Of a stretch of 32,000 nucleotides of DNA, positions 10,701 through 20,402 are shown piece by piece; position 1 is the first letter of the stretch, and every line of letters begins with the position of its first letter. The stretch spans positions 810,001 to 842,000 of the forward strand of contig OZ245922.1 of NCBI GenBank assembly GCA_965229705.1, given 5' to 3'. The notes beneath the pieces were generated by a model. The model was not told where the DNA came from. It saw nothing but the letters and a program-made list of their open reading frames with translations, and made no database searches. Source of the stretch: Candidatus Saccharimonadota bacterium. Its GTDB lineage: Bacteria > Patescibacteriota > Gracilibacteria > BD1-5 > UBA6164. The translations under genes were made by a program, and so were the position numbers.

Positions 10701-11825
10701 AGCACCTATGATACCACCACCTTCTACATCAGTACTTGCCTCAAGAGCTACAAGCTCGATTTGGTAAGTTGTATTTGTACTTCCAGTATCACTGATAGTT
10801 GCAGAAACAGTAAATGTTTGTGTTTCTCCAGCTTGAACAACTACATCTCTATCAAAAGAAAGATCAAGATCGTTGTCTGAGAAATTTTTTGTTTTTGATA
10901 CAGACTCATTTGATGAGTTATATATAGTAACATCATCAACATTGTCTTTATCACCAAGACCTACATGAAGGAATGTTGCTTCCTCAAGAGTGACATCTTC
11001 GCTTCCAGCAGTAACATCAAACGCGAGCATCGCAACACGAGGAGTGTTTACTGCAGCAAGTCCATTTGATGGAGACTGTGGAGAAAGAGAAACCATTGCG
11101 TTAGAACTTCCGAAGATTTGAGCAGCTTGTTCAGCTATCTCTTCAGCTACTTCTTCAGTAGCTTCTTCTTCATCCTCCATTTCTTCCTCAGCTACTTCTT
11201 CAGATCCGTCATCACAGATACCAAGAAGTTCACAAAGAGGGTCTTCAGCAACAGTGCTTGTTTCTTCTTCTTGAGCAACATTGAGAGCTTCAGCAGCCCA
11301 AATGAATACTTGCCCACGAGTAACATCAGTGTTATAATCAGAGAAAGAAGAAGTGATGCCAGCAGCAACTGCCCCATCAACTCTTGCAGCCATCCAATCA
11401 GAACCCTGTCCTGTAGCTATATCCTGTGCTTCCATAACCCATTTTAACGCTTCTATCTTAGAAGTGTTACTTTTTGGGTTGAAGTAGGTATTTGATGCAG
11501 CATATCCTGCACCATTAAGCGCTGCAGCATATTTTTCCGCCCAAGAAGCGAAATCAGCGTCAGCGTACACACTTTCAACATTGCTTACTGCAAGACCTCC
11601 AAGGTTTGCAATAACCTTTGAGAGCTCTTCTCTCGATATAGTGTCTCCAAGTCTGTAATCCGCAGGATTCGCAGAGTTGTCGACAATAAACCCGAGAACA
11701 GCGAGCTCGTTTGCTGCTTGCAAAGAAGTGTAAGCAGCTGATACTCCAGCTATTGGTGTAAACATAGAAAATACTATGGCTAAACCAGCAATAGCAGAAG
11801 TAACTTTTTTAGAAAAAGTACTCAT
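7752..11825 (-). CDS. giant SLH-domain, highly acidic S-layer / cell-surface protein (1357 aa)
   Basis: Track ORFs 9975..11864, 8607..9974 and 7752..8492 share one frame, joined by TGA at 9975-9977 and 8607-8609. The 8493-8606 gap has no stop. ATG 11823-11825 gives the signal peptide MSTFSKKVTSAIAGLAIVFSMFTPIAGVSA. Three SLH-like motifs follow (AANELAVLGFIV..DTISREELSKVIANL; FASWAEKYAAALNGAGY..; DWMAARVDGAVAAGI..TRGQVFIWAAEAL). Next comes an EEEMEDEEEATEE linker and about 1100 aa of D/E/T/S/V-rich beta-repeat-like sequence. Stop is TAG at 7752-7754. Confidence 0.85.
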
Positions 11826-12079
11826 AACTATATACGAGTTACAAAAATAAAAACAATTCACCACAACAATGGACGGTTAAAGCCTTAACCCTAAGCTGTT
11901 ATGCGCACAACTAGGGAAGATGAGGGACAAGTATCTCTTATTCCTCCTCTCCCATAGTTCTACGATATATCAGCTTGAGTTGCGACCTCTATTGAAACAT
12001 AAGCAAGGAAGATATTTCTTGCCTACTCATATATTTTCGAATAGATGTTAAAGATCGGCATATCGCGCAAAACATCAAC

Positions 12080-12107
12080 ATCATATAAAAAGAATATCTG
12101 AAATCAA
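12080..12107 (-). promoter_or_regulatory. candidate sigma70-type promoter for the S-layer gene
   Basis: On the minus strand: TTGATT (12107-12102), a 16-nt spacer, then TATGAT (12085-12080). It would give a 5' leader of about 250 nt. This is a consensus match only. Confidence 0.3.
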
Positions 12108-12217
12108 GCAGGAGTATGGCTATTTCACAGAGTCTTCACATAGATTTTTCTTCCTTCATACAATCTTCACATTATCATCCGCGTCATATAACTATGGATT
12201 AGAGGTCTTTCTTGGGT

Positions 12218-12326
12218 CTTGAGCAGGCTCTGAGAAACTCTTTTTCTCTCTCCTTTTGCAAAGAAAAGATAGCTCGATAGAGCCAGAGAGGTTGAGAAAT
12301 TTTTCTCTTTTTCAGAGTCTTCTTAA
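12218..12326 (+). repeat. MITE-like structured repeat, copy 3 (complete)
   Basis: Sequence is cttgagcaggctctgagaaactc..ctctccttttgcaaagaaaagatagctcgatagagccagagaggttgagaaattttt..tttttcagagtcttcttaa. It sits 28 nt downstream of the brnA stop and upstream of the S-layer gene. Confidence 0.85.
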
Positions 12327-12354
12327 TTATGTGAAGATTGAGTGAAGAGAAAGA

Positions 12355-12666
12355 CTATCGTTCGATAATATCTCCGTTAGCAAATTGATGAAGTACTGAG
12401 CTTACAAGTGTTTGATATGGAATACCTTTCTTTTGCGCGAGAGTCTTGAGACGGGAAATATCCCTGCGTTGAAGACGAAATGTCACTGATTTTCTCTGCT
12501 GGCTTAGTTGTAAATCTTGTTGCCATTGTTTATTGAGATGGACAACCTCATCTTTTGTAGGAATTATGACGTCGCCTTTTGTTATTGCCATATCCATAGT
12601 CTCCATAATTTCACGCTCCTCATCATCAAGATAAGGGGCATCATAACGTATTTTTGTTCTATCCAT
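12355..12666 (-). CDS. brnA: BrnA-type antitoxin (C-terminal ribbon-helix-helix)
   Basis: Intact 103-aa ORF. The C-terminus SVTFRLQRRDISRLKTLAQKKGIPYQTLVSSVLHQFANGDI matches the BrnA/CopG-like pattern. It overlaps brnT by 8 nt. Stop is TAG. There is no in-frame TGA. Confidence 0.8.
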   Translation of the reverse strand: MDRTKIRYDAPYLDDEEREIMETMDMAITKGDVIIPTKDEVVHLNKQWQQDLQLSQQRKSVTFRLQRRDISRLKTLAQKKGIPYQTLVSSVLHQFANGDIIER

Positions 12667-12949
12667 GATAATTTTTATTACAATATAACTTCATCGATTT
12701 GCGACTCGCATACAAGGTTTTTAAGAAAATTCCTTGTTCACTTTTTACATAGGGAACATTGAATACATAGCCCTCAATCAAAACTATCAACATTCTTTGA
12801 TGAGGATATTTCTCATGTAAGTGATGAGGCACATCTGCTATGACATTTCCCTGTAATATTGCAGATTCTACATCTTCAAAGCATACACCCCTCTCTCTTT
12901 GGAGAACCCTATTCTTGTTCGCACTCCATGTAATCTCTCCATAATTCAT
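12659..12949 (-). CDS. brnT: BrnT-family (DUF497) ribonuclease toxin
   Basis: Intact 96-aa ORF. ITWSANKNRVLQRERGVCFEDVESAI fits the DUF497 signature (W..K...N..KHGV.FEEA). The C-terminal ..IFLKTLYASRKSMKLY also fits. Stop is TAG. There is no in-frame TGA. Confidence 0.75.
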   Translation of the reverse strand: MNYGEITWSANKNRVLQRERGVCFEDVESAILQGNVIADVPHHLHEKYPHQRMLIVLIEGYVFNVPYVKSEQGIFLKTLYASRKSMKLYCNKNYHG

Positions 12950-12993
12950 ACGCTAAAGTATATATATTGTATTCACAATAGCAAAATTGAAAA

Positions 12994-14163
12994 CTACGAA
13001 TTCGTCACACTATCAGCAAGATTCATAATTGGTTGCATGATTGCCATAGCGATAAATCCCACTACCACCGCTAAAAATATGATAATAAAAGGTTCTAAAA
13101 GCTTGTTCATCGTACTAGCAAGAGTATCCACCTGATCATCATAAAAATCCGCTACCTTGGTAATCGTCATATCGAGTTTTGCCGACTGTTCTCCAACCTG
13201 CACCATTTGTATCATGATATTAGGAAAGAGGGGATCTCCCTCGAGTGATTCCCATATCTTCATTCCGCGTCGAACATCCTCTAGTAAGAGCAAGATTCTT
13301 TGGCGATAAACCTCATTTCATACAGCATCAGCAACAATCCTCAAAGACTCTACTACCGAAACTCCCGAACCCATGAGTCCCGCAAATACGCGAGAAAATT
13401 TTGAGAGTGTTACCTTTTGTACTACTCCTCAAAACACTGGAAGTTTTAAAAGTATGAGATCAAAATTGTATTTTCATGAAGGTGTTTTTTTCCAAAATAT
13501 CACGGCAAAATACAGAAGAAAAAGAAATATCAAGATAAAATGCCAATAATTCACAAATATATTTGAAGCTCCTATAAGAAACTGTGTTGTCGCTGGAAGT
13601 TCCGAAGCATCATCAAATATTTCTAAAAGTTTTGGTACCACCATAGTCATCATCACAAAAATCACTCCTGTTACCACTACCATAATCATGAGAGGATAAA
13701 TCAGTGCTGCCTTGAGTTTTCCTGTAACAGAAGAAACTTTTTCTACCTGATCAGCGAGAGAGATCATCACTTCATTGAGTCTTCCTGTTTTTTCTCCTGC
13801 TCGAATCACTCACAGTTCCGCATCACTAAAACTTCCCGCATATACCTCCATACACTCTGAAAGCGTTTTTCCCTCTTTGATTCCCGCAAGCATCTCTCAC
13901 AGCATTCTCTGAAATACTGGATTTTTTTCTTGATCTTCCAGGACAGAAAGACTTTTCATAATACTCATTCAGGCATTGAGCATGGTTGCCATGAGTCGAT
14001 AAAATAACAGTTTTTCTTTGGTCTTGATTTTTTGAAAAGAATAAAGGAGCTCATTGAGTCTCGCATAAAGACTGGGAGCGTTTTCTTGAGATTTTTCATC
14101 TTTTGTGTGAAGACTTTGTGAAGACTTTTTTTCATCTTCGGCAAGTATGATCAGATCTTCCAT
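12994..14163 (-). CDS. pilC: type IV pilus / type II secretion platform protein (GspF/PilC family)
   Basis: Track fragments 13969..14163, 13474..13809 and 12994..13293 are in one frame. The gaps were checked codon by codon and contain only TGA. Two GspF-type repeats are present (..AGMSIMKSLSVL..IRAGEKTGRLNEVM.. and ..AGLMGSGVSVVESLRIV..VQVGEQSAKLDMTI..), plus three membrane helices. Stop is TAG at 12994-12996. Confidence 0.88.
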
Positions 14164-14181
14164 GATTCTCAGAGTTAAAAA

Positions 14182-15453
14182 TTATTCTTCGTTTTGTGTT
14201 TTTGACACTCGATATACTTCTTCGAGTGTAGTGACTCATTGCAGTGCTTTGATGATTCCGTCTTGTTCGAGAGATATCATACCATCTTTGATTGCCTGTC
14301 TATTAATATTGAATGCTGAGTCTCATCGCAATATCATTTCTTTGACTCCTGGAGTTATCTCAAGAACTTCGTATAGCCCTAGACGCCCTTTGTATCCGAT
14401 ATTATCACACTTTTCGCAGCCCGTTGCGCGGAAAAGTTCTGGAGACTTGAGCTTGTCGACTCATACCCGAGACTCTAGCTCTTTTTTTGGGGTCAGTCCG
14501 AGAGAATTTTTCATATTTTTGAGCGTCTCTGGATCAATATCTGATAAAGGCAAAGGAGCCTTACAGTCTTCACATAGTCGCTTAATAAGTCTCTGAGCTA
14601 TCACGACATTGAGTGAAGCAGGTATCAAAAACGCCTGCACTCACATATTGAGTATTCTCGTAATAGTCTCTGAGGCGTTATTGGTATGTATAGTAGACAG
14701 TACAAGATGCCCTGTCAACGATGCCTCAATCGCGATATCAACCGTCTCCTTATCACGCATTTCTCATACCATGATAATATCAGGGTCTTGTCTGAGAGCT
14801 GTTCTCAGACCATAAGCAAAACTGTATCCTATATCTGGTTTTACCTGGCTCTGCACAATTCCGTCTACCTGATTTTCGACAGGATCTTCGAGCGTCATGA
14901 TGTTCACTCTTGGATTATTTAGCAGGGTCAAGACTGAGTAGAGCGTCGTTGATTTTCCTGAACCTGTTGGACCACTGGTGAGTATGACTCCATTTGGGAG
15001 AGCGATAGCTTTTTTGAGGAGTTCGAGATTTCTTCACTCTATCCCGAGATTTGCGAGCTCTGGGATCTTTTTACTCTTATCTACGATACGCATTACCATC
15101 TTTTCACCGTGTACCGTTGGCAGTGAAGAGACGCGCAGATCAAGGGGTTTTCCGTCTATATTTTGGCTGATTCTTCCGTCTTGAGGAATACGAGACTCGT
15201 CTATCTTTAGCTCCGAAAGGATCTTAAAACGCGCAACTACACCGGGATGAATAAATGACTGGTACTCAAGTATTTCTCTCAGTTCTCCGTCAATACGATA
15301 ACGCAAACGCACATAGTTTGTAAGAGGCTCTACATGTATGTCTGACGCGTCACCTAAAACTGCTGCGAGAATAATGAGATCACAAATCTTTTGTATATTA
15401 TCTCATTTATATACGAGATTTTTTAGCTCTTCGAGAGTGGTGTTATAGTCCAT
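14182..15453 (-). CDS. pilB: type IV pilus assembly ATPase (GspE/PilB family, short form of 423 aa)
   Basis: Motifs seen: [21 protein letters not shown], Walker [37 protein letters not shown], and [13 protein letters not shown] tetracysteine CEDC..CEKC motif is typical of assembly ATPases. The long N-terminal GSPII_E_N domain is absent. Stop is TAA at 14182-14184. Confidence 0.88.
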
Positions 15454-15462
15454 AGAGTGTTG

Positions 15463-16698
15463 TTATTGGAGTAAGAGTTGTATTTCTTCAAGAGCCGTTC
15501 TCTGACGATCAAGAACTCCTTGTAAGTCAAAAGCTGTATCAAACGTTGATTCTATATCTTCTTTCTTCACAAAGTTTTTACGCAAGGCTTTCATGTCTCC
15601 CTCCAAAGCTTCTATCAAACTTTCTAAAGAAGCCAGTTTTCATACTGCTCGAAGTTGTTCACCGTTGGTGTATTGTGAAAGGTTTTTTTGATATGTATTA
15701 TGAGCTATTTTTATATCTTTTCGAAGCTTCTCAAAATCCGTGAGAGACTTGAGTATTAGCTCTTCCATCTGATATCCAGGGATACCAGAAACATAAAAAA
15801 TCAGAGATACATCTATACTCATCCTCTCGCTTGCCTGTGATCTTTTTAGTACAGATACGAGAGGAAGGTTTTGTGAAACACTTGAAGAGTCTGGGTATTT
15901 GAGCATTCATAGGGAAGTGATTTCTCAAAAATGCCCTTTATATACATTCTCAGAGTTTTCTCATATCTTTTTTCTGTTTAAAAATGCGTCCTCATGCAAT
16001 ACTAGATCTTCTCAGAGTACATTGATACTTCAAACATTTTCAAAATAATGGAGAAAGTCGATGATGTCTGTTTTTCTTCCGGAGAGAGAAAATTTTAAAG
16101 GAATCTGAAATATATTTTCTGAGAGACTTGAACTATTTTGAAATCCTTCTCTGTCTATATTTTCTATATTTCCTACTCCTATTTCTCCGTCAAAATTGAG
16201 ATTAAAACTGTAGAGGATTTGCTCTATATAATTGGTAAAATCAAAGTTACTCAACTGCGTTTTTTCTCTTTGTGAAGATACAGAATAATATGGGAGAATC
16301 TTGTTAAGTGTCGTATTTTTTTGTGTATACTCATAAGAATTTTTTGTTTCCTGAACACTGCGAGACACGCCATCAAGAAACTCTTCATAGCTGCCTGATC
16401 CAGTGTTGCTAAAGTGCTCATGAAAAAAGTCTTTTTCCAGAACTGATACAAGCTTTTTCTCATATACATCTTGCGTATTTTGCTGCATAAAAGACAGATA
16501 CGCGTCATAGTCTATTCACTGTTTTTTCAGATCTTGAGAGTATGTATAGAGTTCTTGAAAATCTGTTTTGTGCGACTCTATCTCTGATATTTTTGGAAAA
16601 ACAAGTATGAAAAACATTCCTAAAAATACGATACATATCACTGTATTGATAGCCATTGACTGTATAAGAGAGGATTTCGTTTGTGGAGAGAGTTTCAT
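15463..16698 (-). CDS. hypothetical single-pass membrane protein of the pilus operon (411 aa; PilO/PilN-like by position and topology only)
   Basis: Track ORFs 16516..16698, 16030..16488 and 15640..15906 are in one frame, joined by TGA at 16516, 16030, 15907 and 15640 plus others. There is an N-terminal TM helix (AINTVICIVFLGMFFILVFP) and a coiled-coil-like C-terminus. Stop is TAA at 15463-15465, 9 nt before the pilB start. Confidence 0.65.
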
Positions 16699-16711
16699 CT
16701 TTTTGTAAAGG

Positions 16712-17560
16712 TTACAATGCTAAATCGTGAGAAATATACTCCAGCTCCAGCTGGAAACTTGTCTTTTGTGTATAGGGCGATTTTTGACTCTGGCTATAGC
16801 TAAGGTTTTCTGTTTTTGAAAGAAGAATAAATGGTGAATCATCTGCATTTTCAATATAATCCATAAAAGCGCTCGCTCTTGTAATAGAGCTTCCCTCAAA
16901 GTTATAGAGTAATACCCCATTTTTTAGTCCAGCAATGGCCGTATCCCAGTCTGAAGAATAGGCATCACAGCTGATACGCATCTTAGTACTGTCAAAAAAC
17001 TCTATGTCATAGCATTGGAGCTCGCTTTTATCAACCGGTGAATAGGTGTTTTTTAAGGTATCAAACTCCTGAAGTATTGTGAGTGGGCGCATTCTTTCTG
17101 CTGATCGTTCGAGGAGAAAGAGTACTTTTTTTGAAGAGTGAAAGTTTTCTAAGCCATATAGTTCTGAAAGGATGGGAGTAATGTTTGATCCCTGAGTATT
17201 TTTTTGTATTTCTATATTGTTCAAAACTTCTTGGCGTGATCCATAGAGGTTATGACATGATCATCCTGCATACTTTTCATATACATCTCATAGAAATACC
17301 TGGCAAAAAGGAGAGAGAAAGTTATAGGTCTTTTTTTCTTCTTGGGTTTGAATGAATATATATGTATACGCAAAGAGAAGTGTGAGAAGTAATATAATAT
17401 TCAGTGAAGTAAAAAATCTGCTACTATAACTGAGATAGTCATACAGTTTTTCTTCTTTTGAGGGGTTTTGTATATCTTCTTCTCACTGATCTTGCTGAAA
17501 ATCATCAAATATATTTTCCGCATGAATATCATTTTTTGGAGAATTTTCTTCTGAAAGCAT
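16712..17560 (-). CDS. hypothetical single-pass membrane protein, first gene of the pilus operon (282 aa)
   Basis: Start is ATG at 17558-17560. The N-terminus is acidic (MLSEENSPKNDIHAENIFDDFQQDQGEEDIQNP). One TM helix follows (FFTSLNIILLLTLLFAYTYIFI), then an extracytoplasmic domain that corresponds to track ORF 16712..17224. Stop is TAA at 16712-16714. Confidence 0.65.
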
Positions 17561-17597
17561 AAAACTATAAAAATAAGGAAGTATTTTTTGGTGTTTC

Positions 17598-17694
17598 TTT
17601 AAGCAGGCTCTGAAAAATAGAAATTTTCTAATCCTCTCTGGCTCTAACGAGCCATCTCTCCTTTGAAAAAGGAGTTTCTCAAAGGTTCCTTAAG
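17598..17694 (-). repeat. MITE-like structured repeat, copy 4 (inverted orientation, about 12-nt internal deletion)
   Basis: The reverse complement reads cttaaggaacctttgagaaactcctttttcaaaggagagatggctcgttagagccagagaggattagaaaatttctatttttcagagcctgcttaaag. It lies between the dinG stop (17757) and the pilus operon start (17560). Confidence 0.85.
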
Positions 17695-17756
17695 GAGTTT
17701 CTTAGTGTATCATATCAGAAAAACAACGCTCTGCCAATATATCAATCTTTACAAAA

Positions 17757-20381
17757 TTATGAGCCATCTCCTCATAAAACTCACAGTAAACTTTCAGCAG
17801 CTCCAGAGCGTATCTTGATACCTTTAGGAAAGGCGTCATAAAAGGCTCTTCACCAGTCTGAGTGCAATATTCTACTATCCAGAAAAATAATAACCCCTGT
17901 ATCTTCTGGTGTTCGAACCAGTCGTCAAAATCACTGCTTGAGTTTCAAAATTGCTTTAGGAATAGAATAGTCATAAAAAGCGTTTTTATACAGTGTTGAT
18001 CGCGCCTGAAAAATAGGATCTGTTGGTACAGGAAAAGGGATTTTATGTACCACGAGATAACGCAAATCAGATCAAGGAATATCTACTCACTCCCAAAAAG
18101 TATCTGTTCCAAGAAGAATAGAGTTATGTGAAGATTTTCTAAAAATTTGAATTTGTTTATGCTTACTCCCACTAATACTTTGAGCAAGTAGGTGTATATC
18201 TTCGTCTTGCATTTTTCGCTTGAGCTGCGAGTAGATGTCTTGTATTGCCGAGAAAGCCGTAAACAACACGAGCATATTTCCCTTCGTAGCGAGGAAAAGT
18301 TTTTCTAAGAATACGGTAATTTGTGGAAGATTATTTTTGATACTTCACAAATCATTAGGGATATATAAAAGTGCTTGTTTTTCATAATCAAATACTCCAT
18401 CAAGAGCAAATTCTTGAAACCCATCGAGCGCCAAAGTCTTTCGAATATAATCAAAACTTCCCTGCATCTGAAGCGTGGCACTTGTAAGAGCCACGCTTTC
18501 ACACTCCTTCCACAGATATTCTTTGAGAAAATCTCATGGATGTAGAAGTGTGAAAACCAGCTCTGTTCATCGGGTATCGTTGTGCTGAAGGATGTAAATA
18601 TATTTTTCTGGATTCCAAGATGGAAAAAAGAGTTGTAAAAAATCGGATATATACTGAATATCTTGAAAAAAATTATAGAGTTTCTTCACATATTCTTCAC
18701 CTAAATCTTCACATACAGAACAAAGTTCCTGCAATTTGGTAATCATATTTTTTGCAAGAAGTGTGAGTTTTTCTTCCTTTTGGAAAAAATCTTCCTGAAG
18801 CAGGAGGTTCTTATATTTTGCATCAAGAGAGAACTTCTCAAATATTTTTCCTTCACAAAAAGAAAATATCTCAGCGCTTTGGAAGAGAATTTGCGACTTG
18901 AGTATTCAAAAGTTAGTATCTGTCTGCTTGGCAGCGAGTAAGATATTTTCTCATTTTTCTAGTGTTTTTTGTATATACTCATGACTGAGTACTTTCTTCA
19001 TTGCGGAAGTGATCACGTCTTCGAGATTATGGGCCTCATCTATCACTATATTTTTTACTCATCATAGTAAACTCCCTTCTGAAACAATATCCTGAAAAAG
19101 GATACTATTATTTGTTACAACGATATTTGCATTTTTGGCGCTATTTCTTACCCATAGAGCATACTCCCAGTGTCGGTATATATTGTCATTGTCATATATA
19201 TCTATATTTCCTGCATGTATCTGCGAGAGAAAACTATACTCTTCTCCATAAAACTCCAGCTCATCGAGCTCTCCGTACCGTGTTTCCAAAGACCAGAACA
19301 ATATCTTCATAATAAAAGAGATTTTGCTATCTTGCAGGTCTTGAAGAAAGACGGTAAAGGCTGTGAGAGAGAAATAGTTTCTCTTCCCTTTGAGCTTACT
19401 GTAGGAAAAATCATAGCCGCTGTTTTCTTGGAGATAGCTCAAATCTTTATAAAATACCTGATCTTGTAAGGCTTTGGTATTGGTTGAAATGTGCACTGTT
19501 TCTCACATATTGAGACTCCATACGATTGAGGGGATGAGATAGGCGTAGGTCTTTCCTATTCCTGTTGGAGCTTCGATCAGCACTTGCTCTCATTTTGAGA
19601 GATTTTTGTCTACTATGTCAAGCATCGTTTTTTGCCCATATCTGAGGGAAAAAGACGCAATACTTTCTACAAATTCTTTCGCGTTTACTCACTCTTTATG
19701 CAGGAAAGTGTCTATTTTTTCAGGAAAGTTTTGCTGATAATCTTGTATATATTTTTTTAAAAAATCTTCGGTTCACCAGGTCTGTGTTTTCTCTGATTTG
19801 AGATAGGTATCATAAAAAATTTGCATCCCAGTATTATTTGCCTGTTGCAAAAAATAAGAAAGATATTGCTGGTGTTCTTGTGGAAGATTTTGTATAATAT
19901 TCACAAGTTTCATAAAAAGTTCTGCCGTTGCGAGTGTATCGTCTATCGCTCTGTGAGCATCTGCAAGGTGTATCTCCAAGTATTCACATAAATACCCGAG
20001 GTTCAGTGATCATTTTCCTCTGATTAAAAAATTTGCCAGAAAAAAAGTATCTATCACGGCATTTTTTGAGGTATTGATTCCGTGTGATTCTAAAAAACTG
20101 ATATCAAAAGGAATATTGTGCCCGATAAGAGGAGCGTTTTCGATAAAATCTTGTATATCATCTCGCATATCAGTAAAGCGTGGTGCTCAGGCAAGATCAC
20201 TATCAAATATTCCTGTAATCTGAGATATGAGGGATGGTACTTCTCTTTCGGGGTTGATATAACTATGTAGTCTCCCTATCTCTTTTCATGATTGTGGATC
20301 TATCTTGATAAAGGCGCATTCTATAATCGCATCTTTTCGAGGTGAGAGTCCCGTCGTTTCGAGATCAAGTACAATAAACAT
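17757..20381 (-). CDS. dinG: DinG-family ATP-dependent helicase with N-terminal DnaQ-like 3'-5' exonuclease domain (874 aa)
   Basis: I checked the gaps between the track fragments (17757-18086, 18276-19061, 19497-19772 and 19980-20381) codon by codon and found no TAA/TAG. N-terminus: MFIVLDLETTGLSP (Exo I), LIGHNIPFDISFL (Exo II), HRAIDDTLATAELF (Exo III). Helicase motif I is EAPTGIGKTYAYLIPS. DEAH box is VIDEAHNLED. C-terminus is LLGTDTFWEGVDIPG..LKQGFGRLVR. Stop is TAA at 17757-17759. Confidence 0.88.
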
Positions 20382-20402
20382 ATGGCAAAAAAATTACAAA
20401 GC

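Noticed and set aside
7801-11447. Plus-strand ORFs inside the S-layer gene (7801..8253, 8386..8700, 8881..9078, 9169..9702, 10536..10880, 11118..11447) and out-of-frame minus ORFs (8030..8260, 8498..8719, 11192..11380).
   Set aside because: These are low-complexity Ser/Val/Leu-rich shadow frames of a long, compositionally biased gene. The sense frame has a signal peptide, SLH motifs and a terminator.
11865-11990. Possible small RNA, tRNA or riboswitch in the S-layer 5' leader (hairpin ggttaa-agcc-ttaacc at 11875-11890 and the purine-rich gggagaggagga on the minus strand).
   Set aside because: There is no tRNA T-loop or anticodon architecture and no riboswitch consensus I recognise. These are probably just leader secondary structure. 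I left it unannotated.
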